Source: Octopus vulgaris | Lineage: Eukaryota | Direction: 5' to 3' | DNA length: 64,000 nt | NCBI GenBank assembly: GCA_951406725.2 | Contig: CATOCA020000001.1 | Span: 11,842,001-11,906,000 of the forward strand | Shown: positions 14,855 through 28,142 of the stretch, one piece after another | How the letters are laid out: each line of letters opens with the position of its first letter | Position numbering within the stretch: the stretch's first letter is position 1 | Notes under the pieces: generated by a model | Databases searched by the model: none | Seen by the model: only the letters and a program-made list of their open reading frames with translations | What the model was told of the DNA's origin: nothing | Program-made: the position numbers and the translations under genes

Positions 14855-15023
14855 GAAATAAGATTAAGATTAATGTAAAAAATAAATAACACTGAAGCAA
14901 AGTAACACCAAATATATAGTGCGTGTGTTTTTATTGGCTAAACTGGCAATATGACAATTCCGAAATATAACAATATATATAACAATATATATATATATAT
15001 ATATGTATATGTATATATATATA

Positions 15024-15184
15024 TAGGAGTGGCTGTGTGGTAAGTAGCTTGCCTACAAACCACATAGTTCCGGATTCAGTCCCACTGCGTGGCATCTTGG
15101 GCAACTGCCTTCTGCTATAGCCCCGGGCCGAACAATGCCTTGTGAGTGGATTTGGTAGACGGAAACTGAAAGAAGCCTGTCGTA

Positions 15185-15248
<64 letters not shown>

Positions 15249-15283
15249 TGTGTGTGTATATGTTTGTGTGTCTGTGTTTGTCC
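15024..15283 (+). mobile_element. tRNA-derived SINE family 2, 3'-truncated
   Basis: Homologous to 9990-10388 and 46482-46895; ends where the 144-bp array begins. Confidence 0.8.
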
Positions 15284-16143
15284 CCCTAGGTCAGACCTGA
15301 TCCAGACGGGCCAATGACCAAAGATGTTCCAACTGTGACCATCCCATCTTTTATTCAGGCATAGTGTATCTAGGACTACATTATCTAATGTATAGCACAG
15401 GAGTCAGTAGCAATAGTTGTTGCTTAGCCCTAGGTCAGTCCTGATCCAGACAGGCCGACGATCAAAGATGTTCCAGCTGTGACATCACGTCTATAATTCA
15501 GGCCTAGTGTATCTAGGACTACATTATCTAATGTATAGTACAGGAGTTAATAGCTATAATTGTTGCTTAGCCCTAGGTCAGTCCTGATCCAGACAGACCT
15601 ATGACCAAAGATCTTCAAGCTGTGACATCACGTCTATTATTCAGGCCTAGTGTATCTAGGACTACATTATCTAATGTATAGAACAGGAGTTAGTAGCTAT
15701 AGTTGTTGCTTAGCCCTAGGTCAGTCCTGATCCAGACAGACCTATGACCAAAGATGTTCCCGATGTGACCATCCCATCTTTTATTCTGGCCGAGTGTATC
15801 TAGTACTACATTATCTAATGAATAGTACAGGAGTTAGTAGCTATAGTTGTTGCTTAGCCCTAGGTCAGTCCTGATCCAGACAGGCCTGTGACCTAAGATG
15901 TTCCAGCTGCGACCATCCCATCTATAACTCAGGCCTAGTGTATCTAGGACTACATTATCTAATGTATAGTACAGGAGTTAGTAGCTATAGTTGTTGCTTA
16001 GCCCTAGGTCAGTCCTGATCCAGACAAACCGATGATCAAAGATCTTCCAGTTGTGACCATCGAGTCTTTTATTCAGGCCTAGTGTATCTAGGACTTCATT
16101 ATCTAATGTACAGTATAGGAGTAAGTATTAGTAGCTACAGTTG
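15284..16143. repeat. Tandem array of six 143-144 bp units
   Basis: ccctaggtcag at 15284, 15428, 15571, 15714, 15858 and 16002. Confidence 0.95.
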
Positions 16144-16258
16144 TTTAGTAGTAGGTCGCCATTTTGCCGCCATTAACTTGTCATACATTAATCTTTCATA
16201 AATATTTTCTGTCGTTAATTAGTTTGAAATTATGTCATTAAATCCTCATCAATTTGGC

Positions 16259-16525
<267 letters not shown>

Positions 16526-16700
16526 TTAGAGATAAAACCACTGTTAGGCAAATCAAACAGTGAAAAACATAAACCAAAATAAAATAAAATTAATTAATAT
16601 AATATACAAAATATATAATTTATAAAATTCAAAATTTAAATTAATTAAAGTTAAAATTAAAAAAAAAATTTTTTTTTTTTTTAATTATTAATTTATACCT

Positions 16701-16731
<31 letters not shown>

Positions 16732-16847
16732 TATTATTATTATTTTTATATTTATTAATATTTTAATTTTAATTTAATTTTACTTTTAATTTAATATTTT
16801 AATTTTTTTTATAATATATATAACTATCAAAGATTATTAAAAAATTT

Positions 16848-18097
16848 ACTCTCTGCTTTTAGCCCTGAGCTTCGTAACCACTGGTGCGTGTGTTTCTGGT
16901 CGACATCAGGTTTTTTGCTACGGGCCACATACTTGCCATCGAGAGGTTTCTGTTCCCATTGCTAGCTAAATTTTCATGTGATTTTGTCTTTGCAATTAAT
17001 TTTAGTTTCTTTGCAGCTGCAGTTGGCGTATTTCCTTCAGTCTGCTCAATCTGGTGGGTATCTAAGAGATCAGCAGCGAATGTTTTGCTCTCTATGAGAA
17101 TAGAGTGAAGTTTTTTAGGTCTTTCATGTTTTTCAACAAGTTTTAGCATCCAATCGTTTGTTGCTTCAATGTATTTGGCCAGTCCGATTGTGGTGGTTTT
17201 GTATGTAAGTTCAAGCTGGATCAAACCTCGGCCTCCTTGAGCTCTGGGAAGGTAAAGGCGATTCACGTCTGTCTTTGGATGGTGCATCTTATTACAAGTC
17301 AGTAGCTTGCGGATTTTTCGGTCAATTTTCATTATTTCACAAGTATTCCAGTTAAGCACATTGAAGCTATAAAGAACAACTGTTACTGCTAAGGAATTTA
17401 TGGCTAAAACCTTATTATATGCATTCATCTCAGATTTCAGGACTGCTGAAACTTTTCTATATATATTCTTTCTAAACCTTCTCTTTCATGCTTGCATGCT
17501 GGATACCAGAGCCTTCATTTATTCCTAGGTATTTATAGGTTTGTTCCTGCTCAAGTTCCTTTATTACGATTTCGACATCTAATTCGATTGAACTAGACTT
17601 TACCAATTTCCCTTTCTTAAAAGTGGCTTTGGCACACTTTTCAAGGCCAATCTCCATCCCGATATCATCACTGAATCCTTTCATAGTATGTAATAATTCT
17701 TCAAGCTATTCTGCTATGCAGAAAATTAGTGGTGAAAGTGAGTCACCTTGGAAAATTCCACAGCTTATGCTAATGTTATTTGAGTGCAATACTCCCTTAG
17801 AATGATATAATTGGAGCTTCGTGTTCCATAGTGACATATTATACTTTAAAAAATCTGAAATCACAGGAGAAATTTTGAAAATGTCCAACGATTTCAGAAT
17901 CCACGAATGTGGTATGCTGTCAAAGGCTTTTTATAATCAATCCATGAAGTGCTGAGATTTCTGCGCTTGTTATGGCAGTTCTCAAGGATCATGTGATTAA
18001 TTAGGAGCTGATCTTTGCATCCGTATGAGCCTCGTCTGCATCCATTTTGTTCAGTGGTAAAGAGGTTATTCTCTTCCATAAACGTATATGTTTTCTC
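16848..18097 (-). mobile_element. R4/Dong-type non-LTR retrotransposon fragment (family A), frameshifted
   Basis: EQNGCRRGSYGCKDQL, WIDYKK, GIFQGDSLSPL, LEKCAK, MHHPKTDVNRLYLPRAQGGRGL; 5' end abuts (TAA)n. Confidence 0.9.
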
Positions 18098-18236
<139 letters not shown>

Positions 18237-18322
18237 CGATTTATTATTATTATTACTAGTATTGTTGTTATACATACATACATACATACAAGCATATGTA
18301 ATGATAATAATAAGTGGATGTA

Positions 18323-18391
<69 letters not shown>

Positions 18392-18479
18392 GTGTGTGCG
18401 CGGGCGTGTGTGCGTGTGTTTGAAATTAAATTCTAGCAAACACCGAAATTTTACTCAATAACACAGAGAAACAATCAAT

Positions 18480-18756
18480 GTTTTGTTTAGAGTCTCCTTT
18501 AATTAATTAGATTAATTTAGTAAATTAATAAAAATACAAGAGGAAACGAAATTATGTTAGTATAATAATATGTAAGAGACACATTTGGATGATGAGATCG
18601 TCTTTTCCGTGAAGATGACCTGGTGTGGAAGTTACGTAATAAACGGTGAGTCCAGTTCTAAGGAGATCAATCAGAGGGACGATGTCATGCCAGGAATATG
18701 ATCGACAGAGATGTTCTGCTGTGAATATTTTAAAATTCGTTAGAATTAGCCGAAAG
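18480..18756 (-). CDS. Candidate terminal exon of the EGF-repeat gene (coding 18756-18746, then 3'UTR)
   Basis: Acceptor ttttttatttccttcttaatttcag|CT TTC GGC TAA. It joins the phase-1 C of exon 22842 to give ...GCMPFG*. ATTAAA lies at 18503-18498, followed by GT-rich sequence. Confidence 0.5.
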
Positions 18757-18982
18757 CTGAAATTAAGAAGGAAATAAAAAACATATAAGTAAAAATAGAA
18801 ATATGTAACACTATACAATAACGTAACAAGCGAACGACATTCTAATGGAGTACCCCTCACAAAGGGGTTTATTATATAAAGCTAATCCAAACAAGAAAAC
18901 AAAAACAAAAAAACACAACAACGCAAGGACGTGGAACAAATAAAGTATTATTGGACGCTCAGGAAAGAAGGGAAGAAGGAGG

Positions 18983-19017
18983 GTTTGACGTTTCGAGCGG
19001 AGCTCTTCGTCGGAAAC
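18983..19017 (-). ncRNA. Minimal type I hammerhead-like motif, copy 1
   Basis: GTTT-CCGACGA-A-GAGC(TCC)GCTC-GAAA-CG-TC-AAAC: stem I GTTT/AAAC, palindromic stem III ACGT, GUC triplet; core has C at position U4. Confidence 0.55.
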
Positions 19018-19096
19018 ATAGGAGAAGGAAAGATCCCGAGAAGGGAAGACGGAGGAAAAAAAATCGCCAACGGTACACATGCGTCACATATTGAAC

Positions 19097-19145
<49 letters not shown>

Positions 19146-19246
19146 AAGTTAATCCAAACAAGAAGACATAAACAAAAAACAACAACGCAAGGACCGGGAA
19201 CAAATAAAGTATTATTGGACGCTCAGAAAATAGGGGAAGAAGGAGG

Positions 19247-19281
19247 GTTTGACGTTTCGAGCGGAGCTCTTCGTCGGAAAC
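19247..19281 (-). ncRNA. Minimal type I hammerhead-like motif, copy 2
   Basis: Identical to 18983-19017. Confidence 0.55.
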
Positions 19282-19654
19282 ATAGGAGAAGGAAAGATCC
19301 CGAGAAAGGAAGACAGGGGAAAAAAATCGCTAGTGATACAGACGAGGTCACATACTAAAAGACGGAAGTAGTAAAAGTAGAAGAATAATGCTTTTTAAAA
19401 GACAGGAGAGCTATATCAAAGACAGTGGGTAAAGAAAGTGAGAGGGGGAATGTGTGTGGGTGTAGTGCGTGCGGGGAGGTCAGCGTGTGCGCGTGTGTGT
19501 GTGTGTATGTGTGCTATGATGACACGTGTGTGTGTGTTTGTGTGCGTGTGTGTGTGTGTATGGCGAACAACTGGCTAGCTGGCTAGTAGTAAAAATTATA
19601 ATATATTATATATTACATATTATATATTATTATATATTATTATAAATATTATTA

Positions 19655-19900
19655 TATACTTGTGTTCATGAGGCCATGATAACAAATGCTCACTTCCATG
19701 TAGGCCCTTGGGCGGAGGGATGTTTTAGAATGATTTCTTTTCACGGTAAACAGAGTTTGCAGATCCCACGGATGGTAAGTCTGCTCTGCTCTGACACACT
19801 CCACTTGGCGTTGTATTGTGCAGTGGTTTCTTTCAACGTCCATACATGTCTTGCCAAAGTTGTAGTGTAATGCCTTCGTTGCATATTTGGGGAGAACTAA
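19655..19900 (-). pseudogene. Degenerate C-terminal GIY-YIG fragment of a Penelope-like element (Naiad-like)
   Basis: HYTTTLARHVWTLKETTAQYNAKWSV...ICKLCL...KEIILKH, homologous to the 43830-44040 translation. Confidence 0.6.
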
Positions 19901-20023
19901 AGGAAACTTTAGTAAATATGCTGAAAACTCGAAACCTCGAAAATTGATACCATCACCGTCGCCGTCGCCCTGTTCATCGTCGTTGTTCTCTTTCTTCTAC
20001 ACCTCCTCCACCTCCTTCTCCTC

Positions 20024-20142
<119 letters not shown>

Positions 20143-20198
20143 CATCATCATCATCGTTTTTATTGTTATTATTATCATCATCATTATCATCATCTTCA

Positions 20199-20250
<52 letters not shown>

Positions 20251-20336
20251 CATCATCATCATCATCGTCATCATCATCATCATCATCATCGTTTTTATTG
20301 TTATTATTATTATCATCATCATTATTATCATCTTCA

Positions 20337-20402
<66 letters not shown>

Positions 20403-20404
20403 TA

Positions 20405-22580
20405 TAAAATATGTATTTAAAAATGGATGGATGTTATTTTCACAGCAATAGTGCTCTTCTCAGTACATTAGCCGTTCCAGATCTTTTGCACTTCCTGTAG
20501 GGATGGTAAGCCTGGAATCATTTTCAAATAGGTTACAGTACCTATTATTATCATTCCTAGAGTACCTACAATCACTGGTACTGTAGTCGCCTTGAGATAC
20601 CACACTTTTTTCAATATCTATTAGCAAGCCTTTATATCTACTGATCTTGTCAAATTCATTCGCCGCTCTATTATGATCACAGGGAATACTCATGTCAATT
20701 AATAAACACATCCTTTTTGTCTGATCTTTTATAATAATATTCGGTTTATTAGCTTTTATAGTCCTGTCGGTTTGCATGGGGAAGTCACATAGAATCGACA
20801 CATTTTCTCCCTCAGTCACAGCTTCAGGATGATGTTTATACAATTTGTCAGCGGTTTTGATTTTATAATGCCGACATATTGTCCAATATAAATACTGGCC
20901 GAGTCTGTCATGTCTTGCTTTATATTCTGCAGATGCTACGAGGGACGTTCAATAAGTAATGCCTCTGACCCACTTGATCCGGTTTTTGTATTTGAAAGGA
21001 CGCACACCACGGAAGACTTTTGATGAAATGAAAGTAACTTATGGTGGTGATGCCCCATCATATGACCTTGTAAAACGCTGGCATCGTGAATTCAAACATG
21101 GTCGGAACTCTGTGGAAACAGCTCCCAGATGTGGTCGCCCCCTTCTGCCATTGATGAGGCATCTGTCCGTCAAGTTGAGGCTGCCAATTTGGGAGATCGA
21201 CGCATAATTATTCGCCAAATAGCCCATGCGGTCAAGATTAGTACCGGGTCTGTGGAAACTATCATTCATGACCATTTGCATATGCAAAAAGTGTCTGCCA
21301 GATGGATTCCCAGGTTGCTCACGCCTTTCCAGAAGCAAGAACGCGTCGAGTGCTCGAGGGTGAATTTGGATATTAGCCAAGAAGATGAGTCAACATTTTT
21401 CAAAAGACTGATTACACAGGATGAAATCTGGGTCCATCACGATGATCCAGAGACCAACGCCCAGCCAATGCAGTGGAAGCACCGTGACTAAACCCCCTCC
21501 AAAGAAGGCAAGGGTGCAGCCCTCCGCTGGCAAGGTCATGCTCACAGTCTTCTGGGACCAGGACGGAGTAGTGATGACAGATTTCCTGGCAAAGGGTACC
21601 ACAATTGCAGGAGCCTATTATGCTTCACTTTTGAGGAAATTAAGAGAAGTTATCAAAATCAAGAGGCGGGGCAAGATCATCAAAGGCATCCTCCTCCTGC
21701 AGGACAACGCTCCGGTCCACAACTCGCTTATCGCCAGATCAGAAGCACAGGCGTATGGCTATGAACTCCTCCCCATCCCCCCTACTTTCGTGACCTTGCA
21801 CCCTCTGATTTTCACCTCTTCCCTGCCATGAAGCTGTTTTTGAAAGGAAAGCGTTTCCCAGATGATGCAGCCTTGATTTCTGAAGTCACGTCGTGGTTGG
21901 AAGACCAAGCTGGGTTCTTCTACAAAAACGGTCTCCAGAGCCGCATCAGACGATGGGAGAAATGCGTAACTCTGGGTGGTTCCTATGTAGAAAAAGACGA
22001 ATAACTGTGCCAAGTTTCGTTGCTCTACTGCTATGGGAAGTGGGTCAGGGGCATTACTTATTGAACGCCCCTCGTAAGACTCTACACCCTGAGATTAGGT
22101 GGTCTATTGTTTCAATATCATCGTTACAGAATTGGCATTTGGGGTCAGCTCCATTTTTTATCCCATTGGCTTGGTAGTTCCGTGTATATAAGCTTTGGTC
22201 TTGAGCAGCTAATATGAAACCTTCACTCTCTACTTTTAGCCCTGAGCTTCGTAACCATTGGTGCATGTGTTTCTGGTCGACATCAGGTTGTTTTCTACGG
22301 GCCACATACTTGCCATCGAGAGGTTTATGTTCCCATCTGCTTGCTAAATTTTCATGTGCTTTTGTCTTTGCAATTAATTTTATTTTCTTTGCAGCTGCAG
22401 TTGGCGTATTTCCTTCAGCCTGATCAATCTGGTGGGTATCTAAGAGATCAGCATCGAATTTTTTGCTCTCTTTGAGATTAGAGTGAAGTTTTTTAGGTCT
22501 TTCGTGTTTTTCAACAAGTTTTAGCATCCAATCGTTTGTTGCTTCAATGTATTTTGCCAGTCCGATTGTAGTGGTTTTCT
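20405..22580 (-). mobile_element. R4/Dong-type LINE 3' half (family A) interrupted by a mariner
   Basis: QWLRSSGLKVESEGFILAAQDQSL, CQFC...ETIDHLISGC on one side; RHD and DRTIKANKPNI on the other. Confidence 0.9.
20939..22074 (+). mobile_element. Mariner DNA transposon (DD34D), defective, with TIRs and TA target duplication
   Basis: TA|cgagggacgttcaataagtaatgcctctgacccactt ... aagtgggtcaggggcattacttattgaacgcccctcg|TA. Motifs PRCGRP, WIPRLL, TQDEIW, QDNAPVH and DLAPSDFHLF, with frameshifts. Confidence 0.95.
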
Positions 22581-22841
22581 ACGTAAGTTGTTATCATTGT
22601 CATTATTATTATTGTTGTTGTTGTTGTTGTTGTTGTTATTATTAATTTTGTTGTTGTTGTTATTGTTATTATTATCATTATTATTACTATTATTATTATT
22701 ATTATCATCATCATTATTATTATTATTATTATCATTATCATCATCATCATTATTATTATTATTGTACGTTGAAGCCATTTATATAGATTCACATATATAT
22801 GTGTGTGTGTGTGTTGTAGTTTTCTATTCTGCTTTACTTAC

Positions 22842-22961
22842 GCATGCAACCCCACGCAATCAGACGGAACCCCGCCTTACAGACACATGTGTAGGATCCT
22901 GGTGTGTTGGAGCAGCTACTCTCCGTTGGGCATCGATTATTCCCCTTGCATTCGTCTATGT
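22842..22961 (-). CDS. EGF exon 11 (last): [40 protein letters not shown]
   Basis: ttttactttgcag| 120 nt |gtaagt; phase 1-1; 6 Cys; cbEGF consensus. Confidence 0.92.
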
Positions 22962-23119
22962 CTGCAAAGTAAAATAATTTTATTGCATGATTATAAAAGT
23001 TATGTATCATCATAAATCATCAATCACATCAATCACCAATCATCATCATCATCATCATCATCATCAATCATCATTACCATCATCATCAATTATCATCATT
23101 AATCATCATCATCATCATC

Positions 23120-23152
<33 letters not shown>

Positions 23153-23167
23153 ATCATCATCATCATC

Positions 23168-23199
<32 letters not shown>

Positions 23200-23467
23200 A
23201 TCATCATCATCATCATCATCAACCATCATCATCAATCATCATCATCATCATCAGTCATCATATCATCATCATCATCATCATCAATCATCAACCATCATCA
23301 TCATCATCAATCATCATCATCATCAACAATCATCATCAACCATCATCATCAATCATCATCATCATCATCATCAATCATCATCATCAATCATCACCATCAT
23401 CATCAATCATCAACATCATCGACATCATCAACATTGTCATCATAATCAACATCACCATCATCATTGT

Positions 23468-23620
23468 CGTGGCATCTTTTATATTCCTGTGGCGTAAATC
23501 GGCTGGTAATATGCCATACGGTTCCACCATTTTGTCCACAGATTCTACACTTATCACTTTCTGATGTGTTGTCTACGCTCTATTTTACGTAGTTTGTTCT
23601 TAGTAATTGCTCTTGGGCAA
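23468..23620 (-). pseudogene. Small RLE-LINE zinc-knuckle remnant
   Basis: AQEQLLRTNYVK*SVDNTSESDKCRICGQNGGTVWHITS. Confidence 0.65.
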
Positions 23621-24142
23621 AAAAATAATAATAATATATTGGATTCGGCCGCTAATAATACAACTAGTACTATTATGATAGCATAGGAATCTGAGACCCA
23701 ACTACCACCCTTAACACTAACCCCACCCACGCTACTGTTGATTTTGCTACAACCACTGCTGCTACTACAAATAAAAGCAATAATATCAGTCATATCAGAG
23801 ATGATAATAATAATAATAATAATGAAAGGAAACGAGTGGGGCTTCCCCTGGACTGATTAAAGGTATATCTAGTGTCGGTGTCACAGTAAAACACTGGTAA
23901 TTGCGCAACCTCATAATCGCTACCTCATATGAGTGACAAAGAAAAAAACAAAATATTATGAATAACGTTGGTAATGAAACTGAAGCCAACGATGGTGACA
24001 GTGTTACACCCGGTAGGCTCAGAGATTCTGGTCCGGCTCCAGCTTTTCGATATCCACAAAGGGACCACCACACACGGCGTAGCTGGGGCAGGCAAATTAA
24101 TGTATGTATGCATTATTATTATAATTGTTGTTGTTGTTGTTA

Positions 24143-24281
<139 letters not shown>

Positions 24282-24292
24282 CATTATTATGT

Positions 24293-25254
24293 TTTTTCCT
24301 ACTTTCTTCAAATTTTCTTCCGTTTCTTGCCGAGTGTTTTCCATACACCTAGGGCAGAGAAGCTCATTGCATGTATTCCCATATTACACGCGCAAATTCG
24401 CAGATAAATATGTATTTAAAAATTAATAAATAAATAAATTCATGGATGGATGTTATTTTCACAGCGATAGTGCACTTCTCAGTACATGAGCCGTTCAAGT
24501 TAATACGATTTTTTGCACTTCCTATAGGGATGGTAAACCTGGAATCATTTTCAAATAGGTTTCAATACCTTTTTTTATCATTCCTGGAGTACCTACAATC
24601 ACTGGTACTGTAGTCGCCTTGAGGTACCACACTCTTTTCAATATCTATTAGCAAGCCTTTATATTTACTGATCTTGTCAAATTCTTTCGCCGTTCTATTA
24701 TGATCACAGGGAATACTCATGTCAATTAATAAACACATTCTTTTTGTCTGATCTTTTATAATAATGTTCGGTTTATTAGCTTTTATAGTCCTATCGTTCT
24801 GCATGGGGAAGTCCCATAGAATCGACACATTTTCTCCCTCAGTCACAGCTTCAGGATGATGTTTATACCATTTGTCAGCGGTTTTGATTTTATAATACCG
24901 ACATATTGTCCAATGTAAATACTGGCCGACTCTGTCATGTCTTGCTTTTTATTCTGCAGGTGCTTAGACTCTATACCCCGAGATTTGATGGTCTATTGTT
25001 TCAATCTCATCGTTGCAGAATCGGCATTTGGGGTCAGCTCCATTTTTTATCCCATTGGCTTGGCAGTTCCGGGTTAATAAGCTTTGGTCTTCAGCAGCTA
25101 ATATGAAACCTTCACTCTCTACTTATAGCCCTGAAATTCGTAACCATTGGTGCGTGTGTTTCTGGTCGATATCAGTTTGTTTGCTAGGGGCCACACACTT
25201 GCCATGGAGAGGTACTGTTCCCATCTGCTAGCTAAATTTTCATGTGCTTTTGTC

Positions 25255-25257
<3 letters not shown>
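24293..25257 (-). mobile_element. R4/Dong-type LINE 3' fragment (family A) within (TAA)n
   Basis: ENVSILWDFPMQNDRTIKANKPNI...LLIDMSIP; 3' UTR similar to 55140-55218; (ATT)n on both sides. Confidence 0.88.
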
Positions 25258-25290
<33 letters not shown>

Positions 25291-25328
25291 GTTTTAGTTG
25301 TTGCTGTTTTTGTTCTTCTTCATCTTCA

Positions 25329-25360
<32 letters not shown>

Positions 25361-25362
25361 TT

Positions 25363-25454
<92 letters not shown>

Positions 25455-25513
25455 CAATATTATCATTATTATCATTATTATTATCATAATTATTATTATT
25501 ATTATTATTATTA

Positions 25514-25556
<43 letters not shown>

Positions 25557-25646
25557 TGTATTATTATTATTATTATTATTATCATTATTATTATAACTTG
25601 AAACCTGTTACACCTATACGCGTGATGTCTATTCTGCTTTACTTAC

Positions 25647-25763
25647 CTTTGCAAACTGTTCCGTCGAACTCGTACCCTGCATTACAGACACATGTGTAGG
25701 ATCCTGGTGTATTGGTGCATGCCCCCTGTGGCCCGCATGGGTCTGGTGTGCACTCGTTTTTGT
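25647..25763 (-). CDS. EGF exon 10: [39 protein letters not shown]
   Basis: ttttactttacag| 117 nt |gtaagt; phase 1-1. Confidence 0.93.
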
Positions 25764-26002
25764 CTGTAAAGTAAAACAATTTTATTGCAATCATCATCAT
25801 CATCATCATCAATCTTCTTCATTAGTCATTATCAATCATAATCATCAATCCGCATCATCATCAATCATCATCATCAATCATCAATTTTCATTAATTATCA
25901 TCATCACCATCATCATCATCATCACCATCATCATCAACATCATCGACATCATTATTATTATTGTTATTATTATTATTATAATTATTATTATAATCATTAT
26001 TA

Positions 26003-26033
<31 letters not shown>

Positions 26034-26310
26034 CATTATAATTATTATTATAAGTATTATTATTATGATTATTATTATCATTTTTATTAATATTATTATT
26101 ATTATCATTGTTATCATTATTATTATTATTATTATTATTATGATTATAATTCTTCTTATAATTCTTCTTCTTCTTCTTCTTATTATTATTATATTATTAT
26201 TATTATTATTATATTATTATTATTATTATTATTATAATTATTATTATAATTATTATATTATATTATTATTATTATTATTATAATTATTATTATAATTATT
26301 AATATTATAA

Positions 26311-26364
<54 letters not shown>

Positions 26365-26374
26365 TATTAGTATA

Positions 26375-26413
<39 letters not shown>

Positions 26414-26554
26414 ATTATTATTATAATTATTATCATTATTATTATAATTATTATTATTATTATCATTGTTATCATTATTATTATTATTATCATTGTTATC
26501 ATTATTATTATTATTATTAATATTATCATTATAATTATCATTATAATAATAATA

Positions 26555-26593
<39 letters not shown>

Positions 26594-26644
26594 ACTTGAA
26601 ACCAGTTACACCTATACGCGTGATGTCTATTCTTCTTTACTTAC

Positions 26645-26761
26645 CAACGCATGTTGTTCCGCTAGACTCGTACCCTGTAATACAGGCACATGTGTAGGAT
26701 CCTATTTTGTTGGTGCATGTCCCCTGTGGCCCGCATGGGTTTCCTGTGCACTCGTCTTTGT
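26645..26761 (-). CDS. EGF exon 9: [39 protein letters not shown]
   Basis: aacttccag| 117 nt |gtaagt; phase 1-1. Confidence 0.93.
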
Positions 26762-27166
26762 CTGGAAGTTAAAACAATTTTATTGCATGGATATATTGTT
26801 TCATTATCATAATCTTCAAAATCAATCATCATCATCGTCATCAATCATATTCATCAATCATCATCATCAATCATCAATCATCAGCAATCATCATCATCAA
26901 TCATCATCATCAAGATCATTCATCATCATCAATCATCTTCACCAACCATCAACATCAACCTCAATCATCACCAATCATCATCATCAACCATCAATCATCA
27001 GCAATCTTCATCATCAATCATCATCATCATCATCAACCATCTTCATCAATCGTCATCATCAATCATTAATCATCATCATCATCAATCATCATCATCATCA
27101 TGAACATCATCATTACTATTATTTTATTACTTTATTATTATCATTATTACTATTATTATTAACAAA

Positions 27167-27199
<33 letters not shown>

Positions 27200-27249
27200 A
27201 CTTGACACCTGTAACACCTGTACGCGTGATGTCTATCTTCTTTACTTAC

Positions 27250-27369
27250 CTTTGCAAAATGTTCCGTCGAACTCGTACCCTGGCATACAGTCACATCTGT
27301 AGGAATATGGTGGTGAGTTGGTGCATTTCTCATTTACCCCGCATGGGAATTCTGCGCACACGCTTACGA
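27250..27369 (-). CDS. EGF exon 8 (divergent, non-calcium-binding): xVSVCAEFPCGVNEKCTNSPPYSYRCDCMPGYEFDGTFCK
   Basis: ttttactttccag| 120 nt |gtaagt; also visible in ORF 27242..27427. Confidence 0.93.
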
Positions 27370-27507
27370 CTGGAAAGTAAAACAATTTTATTGCATGGAT
27401 ATAATACTTATGTTTCATCATCATCAACCATCATCATCATCATCATCATCAACATCTTCGACCTCATTATTATCATTATTTTATTATCATTAATATTATC
27501 ATTATTA

Positions 27508-27539
<32 letters not shown>

Positions 27540-27607
27540 GTAATTATTATTATTATTATTATTATCATTATTATTATTATCATTATTATTATTATTATTA
27601 TTATTAC

Positions 27608-27665
<58 letters not shown>

Positions 27666-27716
27666 ACTTGAAACCAGTTACACCTATACGCGTGATGTCT
27701 ATTCTGCTTTACTTAC

Positions 27717-27833
27717 TTTTGCAAACTGTTCCGTCGAACTCGTACCCTGCATTACAGGCACATGTGTAGGATCCTTCGTTGTTGGTGCATGTCCCCTGAT
27801 GCCCGCATGGGTTTGCTTTGCACTCATCTTTGT
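27717..27833 (-). CDS. EGF exon 7: [39 protein letters not shown]
   Basis: ttttcctttccag| 117 nt |gtaagt; phase 1-1. Confidence 0.93.
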
Positions 27834-28108
27834 CTGGAAAGGAAAACAATTTTATTGCATGGATATAATACTTGTTTCATCATCATCAATCATCATCATC
27901 ATCATCAATCATCTTCATCAATTATCACCATCAATCATCACCAATCATCATCCCCTCCTCCTCATCATCATCATCAATCATCATCATCAAGATCATCATC
28001 AATCATCAATCATCATTAATCATCATCATCATCATCAACTCCATCATCATCAACATCATCGACATCATCATTATTATTTTTATTTTTTATTTTTATTATT
28101 ATTATTAC

Positions 28109-28142
<34 letters not shown>

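Larger units (their letters stand above)
10519..14978 (+). mobile_element. Penelope-like retroelement, 5'-truncated, with an inverted copy of its 3' end on the left
   Basis: ~10562-11590 is the reverse complement of ~13711-14978. ORF 11254..11667(-) repeats the C-terminus of ORF 11930..14047(+). Confidence 0.9.
18872..19352 (-). mobile_element. Tandem pair (264-bp spacing) of pLTR-like repeats, each with a hammerhead-like motif
   Basis: ~18875-19090 is repeated at ~19141-19352, with (AT)n between the copies. Confidence 0.7.

Noticed and set aside
23554-23793. ORF with a hydrophobic stretch as a possible transmembrane exon
   Set aside because: Lies between EGF exons, has no clear splice sites, is low-complexity and overlaps a LINE remnant.
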